Of a stretch of DNA of 64,000 nt, positions 10,500 to 25,400 are shown piece by piece. Made by a program: the position numbers and the translations under genes. Within the stretch, counting starts at the first letter, position 1; every line of letters begins with the position of its first letter. The stretch lies in contig NW_025963979.1 in the NCBI RefSeq assembly GCF_023055435.1, forward strand, positions 5,394,001 through 5,458,000, in the 5' to 3' direction. The stretch is from Haliotis rufescens. Taxonomy: Eukaryota. The notes under the pieces are model-generated. The model made no database searches and was not told the DNA's origin. It saw nothing but the letters and a program-made list of their open reading frames with translations.

Positions 10500-13400
10500 G
10501 TAAGTACCTGATCATTTGGAGGCTGGTGGATGGCACCTGTGTCATGACATGTCATCTGTTTTATGACATGTCATCTGTGTAATGATGTGTCATCTGAGTC
10601 ATGACATGTGTCATGATATGTTATGACATGCCAACTGTGTCATGACATGTCATGAGCCGTCATATAGAAGGAATATTGCTGAGTGGTGGTAAACAACAAA
10701 CAAATATGTCATGATGTGTCGTGAATGTCATCTGTGTCATGACATGTGTCAGGACATGTCATGATTTTGTCATCTGTCGTGACATGTGTCATGATGTGTC
10801 ATCTGTCATGATGTGTCATCTGTGTCATATGTCATATGTGTTGTGATATGTCATATGTGTCGTGGTATATCATGATGTGTCACCTGTGTCATATGTCATC
10901 TGTGTCATGATGTGTCATATGTCATCTGTGTCATGATATGTCATCTATGTCATATGTCATCTGTGTCATGATATGTCATCTATGTCATATGTCATCTGTG
11001 TCATGATGTGTCATCTGTGTCATATGTCTTCTGTGCCGTGATATGTCATCTGTGTCATATGTCATCTGTGTCGTGATATGTCATCTGTGTCATATGTCAT
11101 ATGTGTCATGATGTGTCATCTGTGTCTTGAATGTCATCTGTGTCAAAATGTGTCAAGTATGTCATGATTGTGTATTTATTTGCGTTTCACGGCATCTTAC
11201 CAGTTGTGAAATGTGTCAAATTCTGTTTAATATTTGTCCTGTGATGTCTAGGTGTGATGGTGTCATTAGCTGATAAGTCTTTACAATCTTGTATAGAAGC
11301 AATTCTACAGTCTCTGAGTCATTCTTTTGTGTATCATGCATATCTGTCAATCGGGATCCTTGTTGAGGGTTTCTTTTATGACTTACAAGTCCCAGTCACA
11401 AGATGCAAATTGTGCCATTCCGCTCTATAAACTACGACTGAGCCCACAATACCCAGCCATGTACAGCACACATATCATTCAGCACCAGCTTCGTGACATC
11501 TCGCTGTAATTTCACAAGCACTTAACCTTTTGTTAAACGTCCCAACTAGAGATCACACGACTCTGGTCCATTAGTTAAGTTGGGAGTTAAGAAAAACAAA
11601 CATTTCTGTCAATGGCATTAGACAGGAGTGTGTGGAAACTGTCGCTGTGAGAGTACAAACTTTGTAAATAATCCCCCAAACACATCAACCTACAACAGGA
11701 AAGAAAACCCACATATTATTCTCGAATATCTGATAGACATTATAATGGCAATTTGTTGACATGAATTCACACTTAGAGCAAAGCCTGGGAGTAGTTCAAA
11801 TGCAGGTAGTTTATTGTGTCCCTGCACGCAGTGCAGCTAGTACAGTCTGCCACACAATGTAGCTAGACCCGGGGTCATTCCACAAACGAGAGGTTTCCCC
11901 CTGTAGGGTGTATCAGTGGGGTATGCAGAGAGGTTTCCCCCTGTAGGGTGTATCAGTGGGGTATGTGGAGAGGTTTCCCCCTGTAGGGTGTATCAGTGGG
12001 GTATGCAGGGAGGTTTCCCCCTGTAGGGTGTATCAGTGGGGTATGCAGAGAGGTTTCCCCTGTAGGGTGTATCAGTGGGGTATGTGGAGAGGTTTCCCCC
12101 TGTAGGGTGTATCAGTGGGGTATGTGGAGAGGTTTCCCCCTGTAGGGTGTATCAGTGGGGTATGTGGAGAGGTTTCCCCTGTAGGGTGTATCAGTGGGGT
12201 ATGTGGAGAGGTTTCCCGCTGTAGGGTGTATCAGTGGGGTATGTGGAGAGGTTTCCCCCTGTAGGGTGTATCAGTGGGGTATGTGGAGAGGTTTCCCCTG
12301 TAGGGTGTATCAGTGGGGTGTGCAGAGAGGTTTCCCCTGTAGGGTGTATCAGTGGGGTATGTGGAGAGGTTTCCCCCTGTAGGGTGTAACAGTGGGGTAT
12401 GTGGAGAGGTTCCCCCTGTAGGGTGTATCAGTGGGGTATGTGGAGAGGTTTCCCCCTGTAGGGTGTATCAGTGGGGTATGCAGAGAGGTTTCCCCTGTAG
12501 GGTGTATCAGTGGGGTATGTGGAGAGGTTTCCCCCTGTAGGGTGTATCAGTGGGGTATGTGGAGAGGTTTCCCCCTGTAGGGTGTATCAGTGGGGTATGT
12601 GGAGAGGTTTCCCCTGTAGGGTGTATCAGTGGGGTATGTGGAGAGGTTTCCCGCTGTAGGGTGTATCAGTGGGGTATGTGGAGAGGTTTCCCCCTGTAGG
12701 GTGTAACAGTGGGGTATGTGGAGAGGTTTCCTCCTGTAGGGTGTATCAGTGGGGTATGTGGAGAGGTTTCCTCCTGTAGGGTGTAACAGTGGGGTATGTG
12801 GAGAGGTTCCCCCTGTAGGGTGTATCAGTGGGGTGTGTGGAGAGGTTCAGTGGGGAATTATGCAGAAAGGGTTGCCTATAGTGTGTGTGAGATCAAATGG
12901 GGTTTGTCATCACATTGAAGATTATTGCACTTCAGTGTGACATGTTTTATCCCAGGACAAAGGTCTACCTGCGCATACTTTTAGTCACTGCCAAACACAA
13001 TACTTCTTTTAGAAAATTTATATGGAATTTTCAATTAATTCATTTGAACACTGTTAATCAAAAAAGACATTTTTTCTGTGAGAATGAATCTGTCAACAAA
13101 CCAGGTGTTGCGAAAGGTCTCTGAAGTTCAGTTATACTCATTTCCATAGTGACCAATATTATAGATACCACCTGGTACCCGTCTTTAGCTGCTACACAGA
13201 CCTGTCAACCCTCTCGCATTTTGTGGAGACTCTCGCCATTTGATGAAATCTCCGACTCCTGCATTAGAGACTATTTCTCCCTCAAAACAGCATTGGCCAT
13301 TAATTTTGGAATTCACCTCCATTGTTCCACAAGTGAAAACAAAGAACAGGAAGTTTACAACTACAGAAATCTACAAGTAAGTTTTCCGATTAAATCTGTA

Positions 13401-16400
13401 TGCATTAAATACATGCATGTGATACCTCACTCTGACCGGCAGGCTCCCAGATTAGTGATTCTCAACACGGTCACCCGCCGGAGGCCCGTTGGCCCCGGAT
13501 AGGCCTTTGTCTTGTAATCAACTGGTGCTTTAACCCATATGGAGAATGATTTAACAGTTTAAGCTGTAAAGAAAACTTGGATAGTCCTAACAGGTGCCTG
13601 AACGGTTATATATAGCTGGCCCAGTTATACATGACCTTATTGGTTATCAGATTTATCAGAAGCTATGTAAAAACATCAATATACCTCAAAGTTACGCCAT
13701 TAGTTACATTTCTTGGAAGTGGAATGAGGCGCATATTTCTATGAAATATATGAAACAAAAAATTGTCAGACTACCACAGGCAGAAAAAAACCAATGAAGT
13801 TAGGGGCGATCATGTTGCATCAGGATTAATACACTTGATGTTTCTTTGGCATATTTTGTAACTAAAATCATACAAGATACTTAGAAAACTGCATCATGAG
13901 GATAGCTGACAATTGGTCAGTTTGAACACCTCATCAACTGGTCAAGCTACCGATCGTTTATTTTGAATATTTGTTTTCGTTTTTCAAAGAAGATTTTTGA
14001 ACAAAAGTGATATGGGTAGATTGTACTGGGTTTATTCTTGGTGGAGGTAAATGCAAACGGAAATTTAGCTGGCTATATTCACAAAACATTATTTTTTATT
14101 GTTTCAAAATGTATGGTTTTCTTAATAAAATTAAAAGTAAAGTTGTAAATGATCTTCTTATCGTAACTATTTTAAAAGTCTCCCGATTTGAGGGCAAATC
14201 TCCCTCATCTTAAAGTCAACCTCACCCATGGTAATGATGAGCAGTTGACAGGTCTGGCTATCCCACCAATGAGAATGATTAGCTGACCAGCTGAAATTGG
14301 GACGCCAGCCAAGTCTCTCTGTTCGTTGTTTTGCTATCACACACACCTCCTGGTTGATGCTAGCTACATAGAGTATGTTTGTACAAATACTAATTGATTA
14401 TTGATGGTGGTTGTGGATGTTGGAAGCATGCTTGAGGCTATATGCTGGAGAGGGAATTGATCAGTAGCTACAGCTGTCATGAGCTCACCTTCTTGGGCTT
14501 TTAAGCACATGGTCTCACAATAGTCTTGTTGTATGATGTCTCAACTCACTGGAGGTGTGGGTCGGACAAATACTGTCATAATACTTGAATTCAGGTCTAG
14601 TTCGGACTTCCATATCTTATACAGTATAACTCACATCATTGTATTAATATGTCTTATGGTTCAGGCAGCGTTATATTACTGTTGTCTGTTATTGATACTC
14701 TGCTTGTGTTGTGTTTGATGGTACCAGGACTTGGTACCAGGACCAACCCTGATTGTCCCAATGGGAGAATATGATCATTTGAGCTGGTGAGCAAACCTCC
14801 CTTGGGAAGAATGTGATCATTTCACCAGCAACCTTTCCTATGGTAGAATGTGGCCATTTCACCAGCAACCCGCTCTGTGGGAGAATGTGACCATTTCACC
14901 AGCAACCCGCTCTGTGGTAGAATGTGACCATTTCACCAGCAACCCGCTCTGTGGGGGAATGTGACCATTTCACCAGCAACCCGCTCTGTGGTAGAATGTG
15001 ACCATTTCACCAGCAACCCGCTCTGTGGTAGAATGTGACCATTTCACCAGCAACCCGCTCTGTGGGAGAATGTGACCATTTCACCAGCAACCCGCTCTGT
15101 GGGAGAATGTGACCATTTCACCAGCAACCCGCTCTGTGGTAGAATGTGACCATTTCACCAGCAACCCGCTCTGTGGGAGAATGTGACCATTTCACCAGCA
15201 ACCCGCTCTGTGGGAGAATGTGACCATTTCACCAGCAACCCGCTCTGTGGTAGAATGTGACCATTTCACCAGCAACCCGCTCTGTGGGAGAATGTGACCA
15301 TTTCACCAGCAACCCGCTCTGTGGGAGAATGTGACCATTTCACCAGCAACCCGCTCTGTGGTAGAATGTGACCATTTCACCAGCAACCCGCTCTGTGGGA
15401 GAATGTGACCATTTCACCAGCAACCCGCTCTGTGGGAGAATGTGACCATTTCACCAGCAACCCGCTCTGTGGTAGAATGTGACCATTTCACCAGCAACCC
15501 GCTCTGTGGGAGAATGTGACCATTTCACCAGCAACCCGCTCTGTGGGAGAATGTGACCATTTCACCAGCAACCCGCTCTGTGGGAGAATGTGACCATTTC
15601 ACCAGCAACCCGCTCTGTGGGAGAATGTGGCCATTTCACCAGCAACCCGCTCTGTGGGAGAATGTGACCATTTCACCAGCAACCCGCTCTGTGGTAGAAT
15701 GTGACCATTTCACCAGCAACCCGCTCTGTGGTAGAATGTGACCATTTCACCAGCAACCCGCTCTGTGGGAGAATGTGACCATTTCACCAGCAACCCGCTC
15801 TGTGGGAGAATGTGACCATTTCACCAGCAACCCGCTCTGTGGTAGAATGTGACCATTTCACCAGCAACCCGCTCTGTGGTAGAATGTGGCCATTTCACCA
15901 GCAACCCGCTCTGTGGGAGAATGTGACCATTTCACCAGCAACCCGCTCTGTGGGAGAATGTGACCATTTCACCAGCAACCCGCTCTGTGGGAGAATGTGA
16001 CCATTTCACCAGCAACCCGCTCTGTGGGAGAATGTGGCCATTTCACCAGCAACCCGCTCTGTGGGAGAATGTGACCATTTCACCAGCAACCCGCTCTGTG
16101 GGAGAATGTGACCATTTCACCAGCAACCCGCTCTGTGGTAGAATGTGACCATTTCACCAGCAACCCGCTCTGTGGGAGAATGTGACCATTTCACCAGCAA
16201 CCCGCTCTGTGGGAGAATGTGACCATTTCACCAGCAACCCGCTCTGTGGGAGAATGTGACCATTTCACCAGCAACCCGCTCTGTGGGAGAATGTGACCAT
16301 TTCACCAGCAACCCGCCCTGTGGGAGAATGTGACCATTTCACCAGCAACCTTTCGTATGGTAGAATGTGGCCATTTCACAAGCAACCCCTGCTAGGGTAG

Positions 16401-19400
16401 AATGTGACCATTTCACCAGCAACCCCTGCTAGGCGAGAATGTGACCATTTCACCAGCAACCCCTGCTAGGGGAGAATGTGACCATTTCACCAGCAACCCC
16501 TGCTAGGGTAGAATGTGACCATTTCACCAGCAACCCCTGCTAGGCGAGAATGTGACCATTTCACCAGCAACCCCTGCTAGGGTAGAGTGTGATCATTTCA
16601 CCGGAAACCTTCCCTAGGGGAGAACGTGATCATTTGACTGTCCACTGTTCCCTTGACTGGCCAGGGCTCACATCGCATCACTCTGACATGGTTATAGTGA
16701 TGTCAGTAATTATAGACATGGAAGTAATCATTTGAGTCACTCAGATGACAGTGGCACTTATTGATTTCTGTTTAGTATTGAAGTTGTTATAACAATATCA
16801 ACACAAACCACTGTAAGGAGTTTATGTCATTTTGCTTGCATGGCTTGGTACGATTAATGCCTCAGTGACTTGGCTGGGAACAATGACTGTCTGACACAAG
16901 TCATTGCTGTGTTATTGAGGCATTGTTGAACTGAATGTACATAGAAAACACGCGGGAACTAGTGTTGGCTAAACAAAGGGATGCCACATACCTGGAGATA
17001 TCATTAATTGCCAGCTGAATAGAGATATTCTCTTTCCTTGTGTAATCATGTTTTAATTTTGAAAGTATGTGAACCCAAACTCTTTGAGTGAGTGAGTGAG
17101 TGAGTTTGGTTTAACGCCACTTTTAACAGTATTCCAGTTGTATCACGGCATGTCAGCTGAATGTGGGAGAAAGCCTGAAGTGATGCAGGTCTTCGACGTT
17201 TACCATTTTGGTGAAACCCAAGAGCACGGGTATGGTGCTGACAAACCTAGAAACATGATCAGGGCGAACCGGGATTCAAACCAACAATCATAGGTTTCTG
17301 GCATGGCCAAGGGATGCAACTCTGCTCAGGGAATCGCGGCGCTTTAGATTACTGGGCCACCCCTGCTCGCCCTAAACTCTTTGAACTGTTTGTCTTTACT
17401 TGTGTTCAATATCCTGATAAGGCAAAATGAAAATAATAGAAAATGTTGTCTCATGTCCTTTATTGTTTTTTACTTAATGCTAAGTTCTGAATAGGCTTGT
17501 CCATAAAGCAAGAAAATAAACTGGTCCACTGGAAGGAGTGGGTTTGATGGAAATGATGACAAGAAGCCCACTGTGGCACATGAAGCCACAGACATCTACA
17601 TGCAATCAATGATGCAACATTAAATCTCATGTCACACACTCACCACGATCTGTATGTGCCTCATGTCTGGGTAGTCTATTGGTAGAAGTGCTTGCTGATT
17701 ATGCTGAAGGCCTGGGTTTGATTCCCCAAATGGGTACAATTTGTGAAGCACTCTCAAGTTGTCCCCCACTGCCATATCACTAAAAAAAGGTCTACATAAA
17801 GCATGAGCCTTGTCACTCTCTCATCTGTTTAACATATTGTATCAACCATAATATTTGGGATTTAAGCCATGGACCTTCTGATTGGAGGTCCACGTGGCCA
17901 GAAAGGATAACTCTGTCAGCAAATTGACATGGTAAGGGTGGGATGACTCCACACCTGCTACAAACTGTCAGAGTACGCACATCCCAGGCTTTATAGTAGG
18001 AGACTGAGACTGATTTTGCTCCAACTTTAAATCCCTGTGCTGGGGTTCAAACCACAGATCTTGTGATCCGAGGTCGGATGCGTATACCATGTGATCTAAG
18101 CAAGCTGACAATGTAAGGATGATACCATGCCTGATCTGTGGGATGGCTCCACGCCCTGTTTCACGTTGTTCACACACACATGGCCCTGTTTCACCTGTCC
18201 GACCAAACTAGTAATTAGTGATTCAGGCAATCACAAGTAGGCTTGGGGATATTGAGACATTTAGGTCATCATCAGTGTGCAGAGGTATTAACTAATTAAG
18301 GAGATCTTCTCCAGGCTAATGAGATGGCCAGAAATATCTGGCCAGTGCTTCTCTAAAGTATTGATGAAAACTAAACAGAGTATCTGCGTCCATCCAGGAC
18401 AGAAAGGGGAGAGTCTGTAAGGGAGGACATTCAAACAATGATGGTTGTAATTATAGGTGTTTATTGATCGGTGTGTTGTATGGGGATGTAGAGCTGCTGG
18501 TGATGGTCTTCAGTTTCTTTGATCATGTTGAAGGGTTGTCTCTTGATTACTTCATAAATCTTCCTCTGTTGATGGCATCAAATTGTCCCAGAGACTCTCC
18601 TGCCTGGAAGGTTGTTATATATATATACATGTACCTAATGTATGCAAGGATGTACTGGAGGTCAGTTTGTATAAACAGTCATAGACACCTGAGACAAACA
18701 GGAAAGTCATATTGCAAATGCCCAATACATTGTACTTCTGGCTGGGGCTTATGTACAGATGACCTCCACTGAAGACAGATAATAAATCATTCATTAGGGT
18801 GTAACACTATACATTGTAGGGATACAGTACATAACTTTATAGTATTGTTGTTATGATACAAGTAAATACTTTGAAGCCCTATTCCAACATCAAACAGAAA
18901 CTGAGACCCAATTAAACAGATTTAGGAAACTTGAGTCAATTGTACATGGCATAAGATAAGAATGTGTTACATTTCACTTTCATACTATATATAGTATGTC
19001 GTCCTTATGTATACATGCCTATTTTGTATTATGCCTATTTAAGGTTGAAGCTTTGGCCAGTATTTCACTGTTGGCTTGATGTGGAAGGAAGGCCTAAGCT
19101 GATGCTGTCTTAGAGAGTGACTATTTTAGTAAGTTCCATAAACATGGTTATCGAGCTGACAGAACAAGAATCATAATCAGGGTGAACCCGGGAATCGAAC
19201 CCACTATTAAAGGAGACGAAAGGGGTGCTATATGCCCGTGAATCATGCTGTCCCTAGTTAGAGATACAGGGTGCGAGGAGGGACACACCGTTGAGGACAA
19301 TTAGACTCTTCATGTTGTTTGTCTAGATAGACGTCTGACATATTCTGTCGTCAGACAATATCCTACACAAAAACAACATTTGTAGTCTCATGATTTAATT

Positions 19401-22400
19401 GTGTAGGGGATATTGGCAGGAAATGAAGGCTGTACAGTTCCTGGTGATCGTGACAGGCAAAACGAATATGACAGGGTGAGGTGATGACAATAGAAGGGCC
19501 AATAGGACAAACTCATCACCCATGCGTTCATTGGCTTAAGGCATGAGAACATCACCAAGGCCGGGAACCCACACTCATGTTCATGTTAGTGTTTTAGCAG
19601 TTCTTGTGATAGAAGGACTTCTTCAGGTCATTTCTAAGAGGATAATTGGAATGGAAGACAAATTGATTGGTCAGCATATCTATTGTTTAGGCACAACTTT
19701 TATTCCTTGGCGTACGATTGACCTTCATCGCAGTATATGGGGTATTGGTTTTGGCGTATTGGCTTCCTGCAGACATGTGCCACCTCAATGAGTTAAAGCC
19801 TCAGGTTGCATTCGCTTATTGGCATTTAGTCATCACTGATGACCCTTGATTGGTTGTTATGTTCTTGATCAGTGTCTTAAAGGGGCACTGATCTAAAGCA
19901 ATTCCCCGGGAATGGTTGTTGCCTTTGTTATTGTTTTTTCCCTGTGAGTACCCGGATGATATAGCAGAAACCTAGACTAGTTCGCAACCTGTGCTGCGCA
20001 ATTCGTAAGCTCATTTGTCACTTTTATTGATAGTATAAGGGCGTATGGTCACATTGATCAACAAAATGAAATACAGTTTTGGAAATAATAAGGAAATGTA
20101 GGTATCTTTGTGGGTAGCATTGGTAATGGTGACGAAGTTTTGATAAGTCACTTGCTTGGTAATTGTGCGATTTTCGTTTACACTATTTTGACTTGAGACA
20201 CAAAGTAAATATTTTTCCAGAGCATTGCTTATTTTATCGTGTTTATATTTTTAGTCAAATGTGCAAAATTTTCACTTAGGAAATTTATTAAGCGCCTGAA
20301 TATTCAGTTATTTTACAAATTGACTGAAAAATATGTCCATCTGTATTATTAGGACAACGAATTCCAAACATTTTTATGTTTAATATCATCATCAAAAGAT
20401 TGAAAATGTTACGATGAAAAGTACATTTCTATATTGTTTGGCTTCTAATCCTATATAATAATCTATTGTGATGTTTTTAGGCCCTAATGATCGTCTTAAT
20501 CAATTTTGGTCAATCTGTTAAAGAAATGGACAGATTTTTCAGTCAAAATGACTGAAATATTTACACATTTTATAAATTGCCTAAGAGAATCACATTTTAC
20601 AAATTGACTGTAATATACAAAGGAAAAGACTTGTGAAAACAACGTTTATCGCGCAACAATGAATTTCCCAACCAAGACGTAGAGGAACAAGAATGAATCT
20701 GTCCAATGCTACTGCAAATGAAGGAAAACAAAATGCGAATATCATAATTACAACCTACCAAATTTATGTGTATAACTTTAGGCAGCTTCCTTGATCGAGG
20801 AATGCATCAGTGAATATCAACACAAAGGAACAATATCCCAAACGTATGCAGCTGTACAAAGAAACGTATTCGATGTCATGTGTCTCTGTAACAATCAAAT
20901 ATTTTAAAATATATATATCGTTTCGGGATATTATAACCCTTGTTCGTTTCTCAGCTTATCACTTAGATTGTTTCAGGTGTTTCATATAGGTGTCAAAACT
21001 CAAAGGTCGGCTGAGCCCACGTGACAACTATTTTCATAATGTCCACCGTTCCTAAAAAAATCCATTGAGTTAGATAACAAGAGCAATTAATCAACGTATT
21101 ATCGGTTAACCCTTTGAACAAAGTATGTTGTTTTTACATCGGAACTTCACGCAAGAATATGAGTGTATTCCCTTTGTTTTAGTAAACCTAGACATGTAAA
21201 CACTCACTTTTGACATATCCACCATGCAAGATAACAGTGATTAATCAATCAATGTATTTTCTGTTAATCCTTTGATGACTACGAATGATCTGCTGATTTA
21301 CAAAAAAAGTAAATCAACTGATCATCCATCTCTTGCTGGGCTGCCACGTGCATATTACATAACACACACTTCACCTCACTTCAAACCTGGATTTAGATTG
21401 AATAATTACCCCAGACTCAATAAATGCCAAATGGGAACCTTCGTCAGGTATTCGGATTGGTGATACCACTAATTATTCCTGTAATAAATTCATTAACTGA
21501 GCATCAAGTGAATGACAACAAATACATAAGTGTAGGGTTATACCAGAAAACTTGGATGACAACAAGGGAGTGGTAATCGTATTAGAGACGCAATCCGAAA
21601 TCCGAAAATGCTTTCACTGCATTGATACTATAACAATCAGGGGCATTTCCAAATGACGACAACCGATGAGCTCCGCCGTTCTTTTTGTCTGTTTGTTTAG
21701 GCTGAAGAAATTAATTAACATGCGCCCTTTGTTGAAATCTTTATAGATCACGGTTAACCAATCAGTGTTCAAAAATGGGTAAAACAAATATTGCCTCCAC
21801 GTTTATTTTGCTGTCCTTGCAGACGGTAACCCAGTCTCTTGTCACGCTCAGTTGCGTTGCATATCATCCGGGTACTCACAGGGAAAATACAATAACAAAG
21901 GCAACAACCAGTCCCGGGGTATTGCTTTAGATCAGTGCCCCTTTAAGATATTGAAAATATTGCTCATGCCTCACTGAAAACTGCTTTCTTTCATTTGTAT
22001 GTGTAGACCCTAAAATATATTTTTTAGACATTTAAGCACCATTCTGAAAAGGCATGACTATAGACAATACTTTCTTACAACTGTTAGGAGGTATATGCAC
22101 ATTGTCTTGGTTCTCACATTTATAAAGGTCGAATCAATCCTCATTTTCTGGTGTTGTTGGATCAATTAGTTAGTTCGTTTGGCAATGCATCTGTCTCAAC
22201 CTAATGACCATTCAAAACATAATCTGCAAGCAGAGACTACCGGTATGTAGTGGCACTTAGTCACCAGTAGTGGGCCATCCTAGATTATTATTCCCTACCA
22301 CAAAGTGGGGCAGAGGATATATAAGAATGGAGTTTGTCTGTCCGTCCATCTGTCTTCAATCCGTCTGTCCACTTCTCAAAGGAGACTAACTTTCTCCAAA

Positions 22401-25400
22401 ACTGTTTAAGTCAGAGAAATGACATTTTACACACTGATGTAACTGGTCATGATCTCAAATGAGTTCGAAAATTGGTGTCGTAAAGTCATTTTGTACAGAG
22501 TTATGGTCCTTGCTCCGTTCTTTTAAACTTAGTGCATACTGCGTGAAATGGGGACAAGTTTTCACAGAAACTACTGAAGTTACTTAAGTGAAAGTTTGCA
22601 TGTTTATCTATGAGATACTTGTCCAGACTGAGTTTGAAAATTGGTACCGTAAACTATTTCTTTACAGAGTTTCGGCCCTTGATCCATGTTATTTTACAAA
22701 GTGCATTGTGTCTGCAATGGGTACAAGTTTTCTCAGAAACTACTAAGTTAGCTTATCTATGAGATACTTATCAAGACTGATTTATGTTTTCCAGAGAAGG
22801 TACCTTTTATGTGTGTTAATTTCTCATTTAATATTTGTTTCTGATGACATAAAGTGGCCCAAGTTCCTCTTCTTAAGGCTTTATAGGACTCTCTTTTAAA
22901 GTTTCTATTCACTACTTAGTTTTATATGAACAAAAAAAATTCAAATGTGCCCCATGGCAGGGGCCAGTGATAATGCTGTTTTTTTGTTGAATATGTCACA
23001 TGATATCTTTATTCTATTATGATGAATCCCCTGGACCCATCTGCTCCTGTAGCTTCACTTCACATGTGATGTCAATACTCCTGAAAGTTGCTCCTGTCTG
23101 TGACCAGTGGTTGGTTCCACGGTGTTCATTACAATAGAATGGAGATCACATGTACTGATAATTGAGGAGGACCTACTAATGGTGACCAAGTGCTAGTAAT
23201 TGGTACCGGTACATGTTGTAAAGCACTGGATAACTGATAAGAGCATGCCAGGAGTCCAATGTGTGAACATTCATATGACCATTTTCAGCAACAGAAACCT
23301 GTACATCACTGTGACAGCTCCTGTTACTGACATTACCATTGTGAGAACTTCCGCCTCAGATGCTCTTTATCATGCAACAATGGAGCATTGATCTAGTCAT
23401 TATTCAGAATTTTCTCCATCATTTAAAAGTTCAGTGTCAATTATCAAGTCCTAGTCGTAAATGTTCGATGATCGTTTGTGTGGCTTAATATACGAGGGGT
23501 AAAAGTTCCTGTGCATCACTGACAATCATGGGAAATAATACATAAACTAAAACAAAGAATGATTTTGTATCAGAACGCTATATTGATGTCCATGAAACAT
23601 GAATTCATCATGACAGTGTCCACACATGTCCTCTGTAAACGTCAGTCATCTTGGGCTTAAAGTGGCTTGGGGTTGATTGTCAGTGTTGGGTGTGACCATC
23701 CCCCTTTTTATTACCCATATAGGAAGGTAGATGCAGGGTAGTATTTGTCCTGTCACCTTCCTGCCATATGGGATTTGTCATTTTAAAATCTACAACATAA
23801 GGCATTCCCAAAAAATATTTTTTGAAATTAATGTTGAAAGTTACAACTTAAATTTCACTTGAGACAGATAATCCGTCATTCCTCATGACTCGTAAATCAC
23901 TGTCTATGTCTGTCACTATTCCTGTTCTCAACTGTTTGTTCAGCACAGATCACAATTCATTTATTTTGTGCATTATTCAGTACACCGTACCATGTCTATA
24001 TTGAATAATCAAAGTGCTCCAAAGAAGTCCAAACCAACCTGTTCAGTGAAGCCCTAAATCTTTTTCCATACAGTTAATTGATTAACATGAGTGACTCAAT
24101 CTCTTATTGTTAATCTTTCTCACATGACCTCCTGTCTGTTGTCACTTGCTGGTAAATCAGTCTTACACCATTCTGGCGTATAATTCACTCCCAGGTCGAT
24201 AACTTTCAGTTGTTGTTTTTTGTATCTCCAATGTCAGTAATAACTATCACCCAGACGTGGCCACTGTGCTACTGTTGTGCAACCATGACAACCATGCATA
24301 AATCAACAGTTTAATTTCACAATATGTATTCTCCCCCGGCTATGATATTCAATAATGTTTTCATGTGTGGTACGGGATGTGTTTGTAATTACTTGAGAGT
24401 TTACAAAGCACTCCCTGCCTATCTTGGAAAGAAAGCCAGACATGTCTACCTATACCATCGGCTTATACGTTTATTTGTCCCCAAATGAAAATCAAATACA
24501 TGTTCAATATCATACCTGAACTTGATTGTAAACAGTTTTGTTATTGACCTGAACATGATCTAAATACTATGGATCTGCCATTACTTGCGTCTCTTTAGAT
24601 GGCATAGTTAATATTAAACAAGGCATTTTTAGCTTTGATGTTTCGACAAGAATTTATTAATGACCAAACAAGGCAATTACTCGATCATGTGACGTCCACA
24701 TACACACCTTGTCAGTAACTGATACCCCCTGGTCCCTTATATGGCACATCTCAAGGTGAAATGATTTTTGGGAACCCAAGTTACCCATATACCAAAAAGT
24801 ATGGATCCATTTAGTGTACAGCCAAGAAGCCAAGATGTATCATAAGCAATAAACTGAAGATCATTTCTAGATCTCCCACTGGTCATTGAACAATGGGTGT
24901 GAAGCCCACTTCTGGTGATATTGCTGGAATATTCCTAAATGCGGCGTAAAAAGATACTCACTCACCCACTCATTGAACAATGGCTGACACACTGATACAG
25001 CCTACAGCGTGATGATTAAGCCACTGCCATGTTAAGTCAGAGACCATTATCTATGTTGGAAAACAACTGCCATGATCGCTTGCAAGGATCGGATCAATCA
25101 TTTGGACAATAGTGCTGACATTATTATAACTGGTGACTAAAAGTAGTTACAGATACAAAATATAGTTTCCATGGCAGCTCAGTAAGACACCACTTAGGGA
25201 CAATTAGATGATTGGCTTCCTTGTCTTTCTTTGAAAGGGCACCTGTTCGATATATATAATGAATGTCATTTAGTGGGAACAATGGTCTTCAAAACCATGT
25301 TGACATTAATGATAGATAAGACAACTGGTCTGATTTTGACAAAATTGTATGATATTTCATTGTCAGAATATTTGATAAGGGTTTCAGTGATTAACTGGTT

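Noticed and set aside
14761-16635. CRISPR-like appearance of the 37-bp repeats (also 34376-38765)
   Set aside because: No unique spacers, no cas genes, eukaryotic intron.
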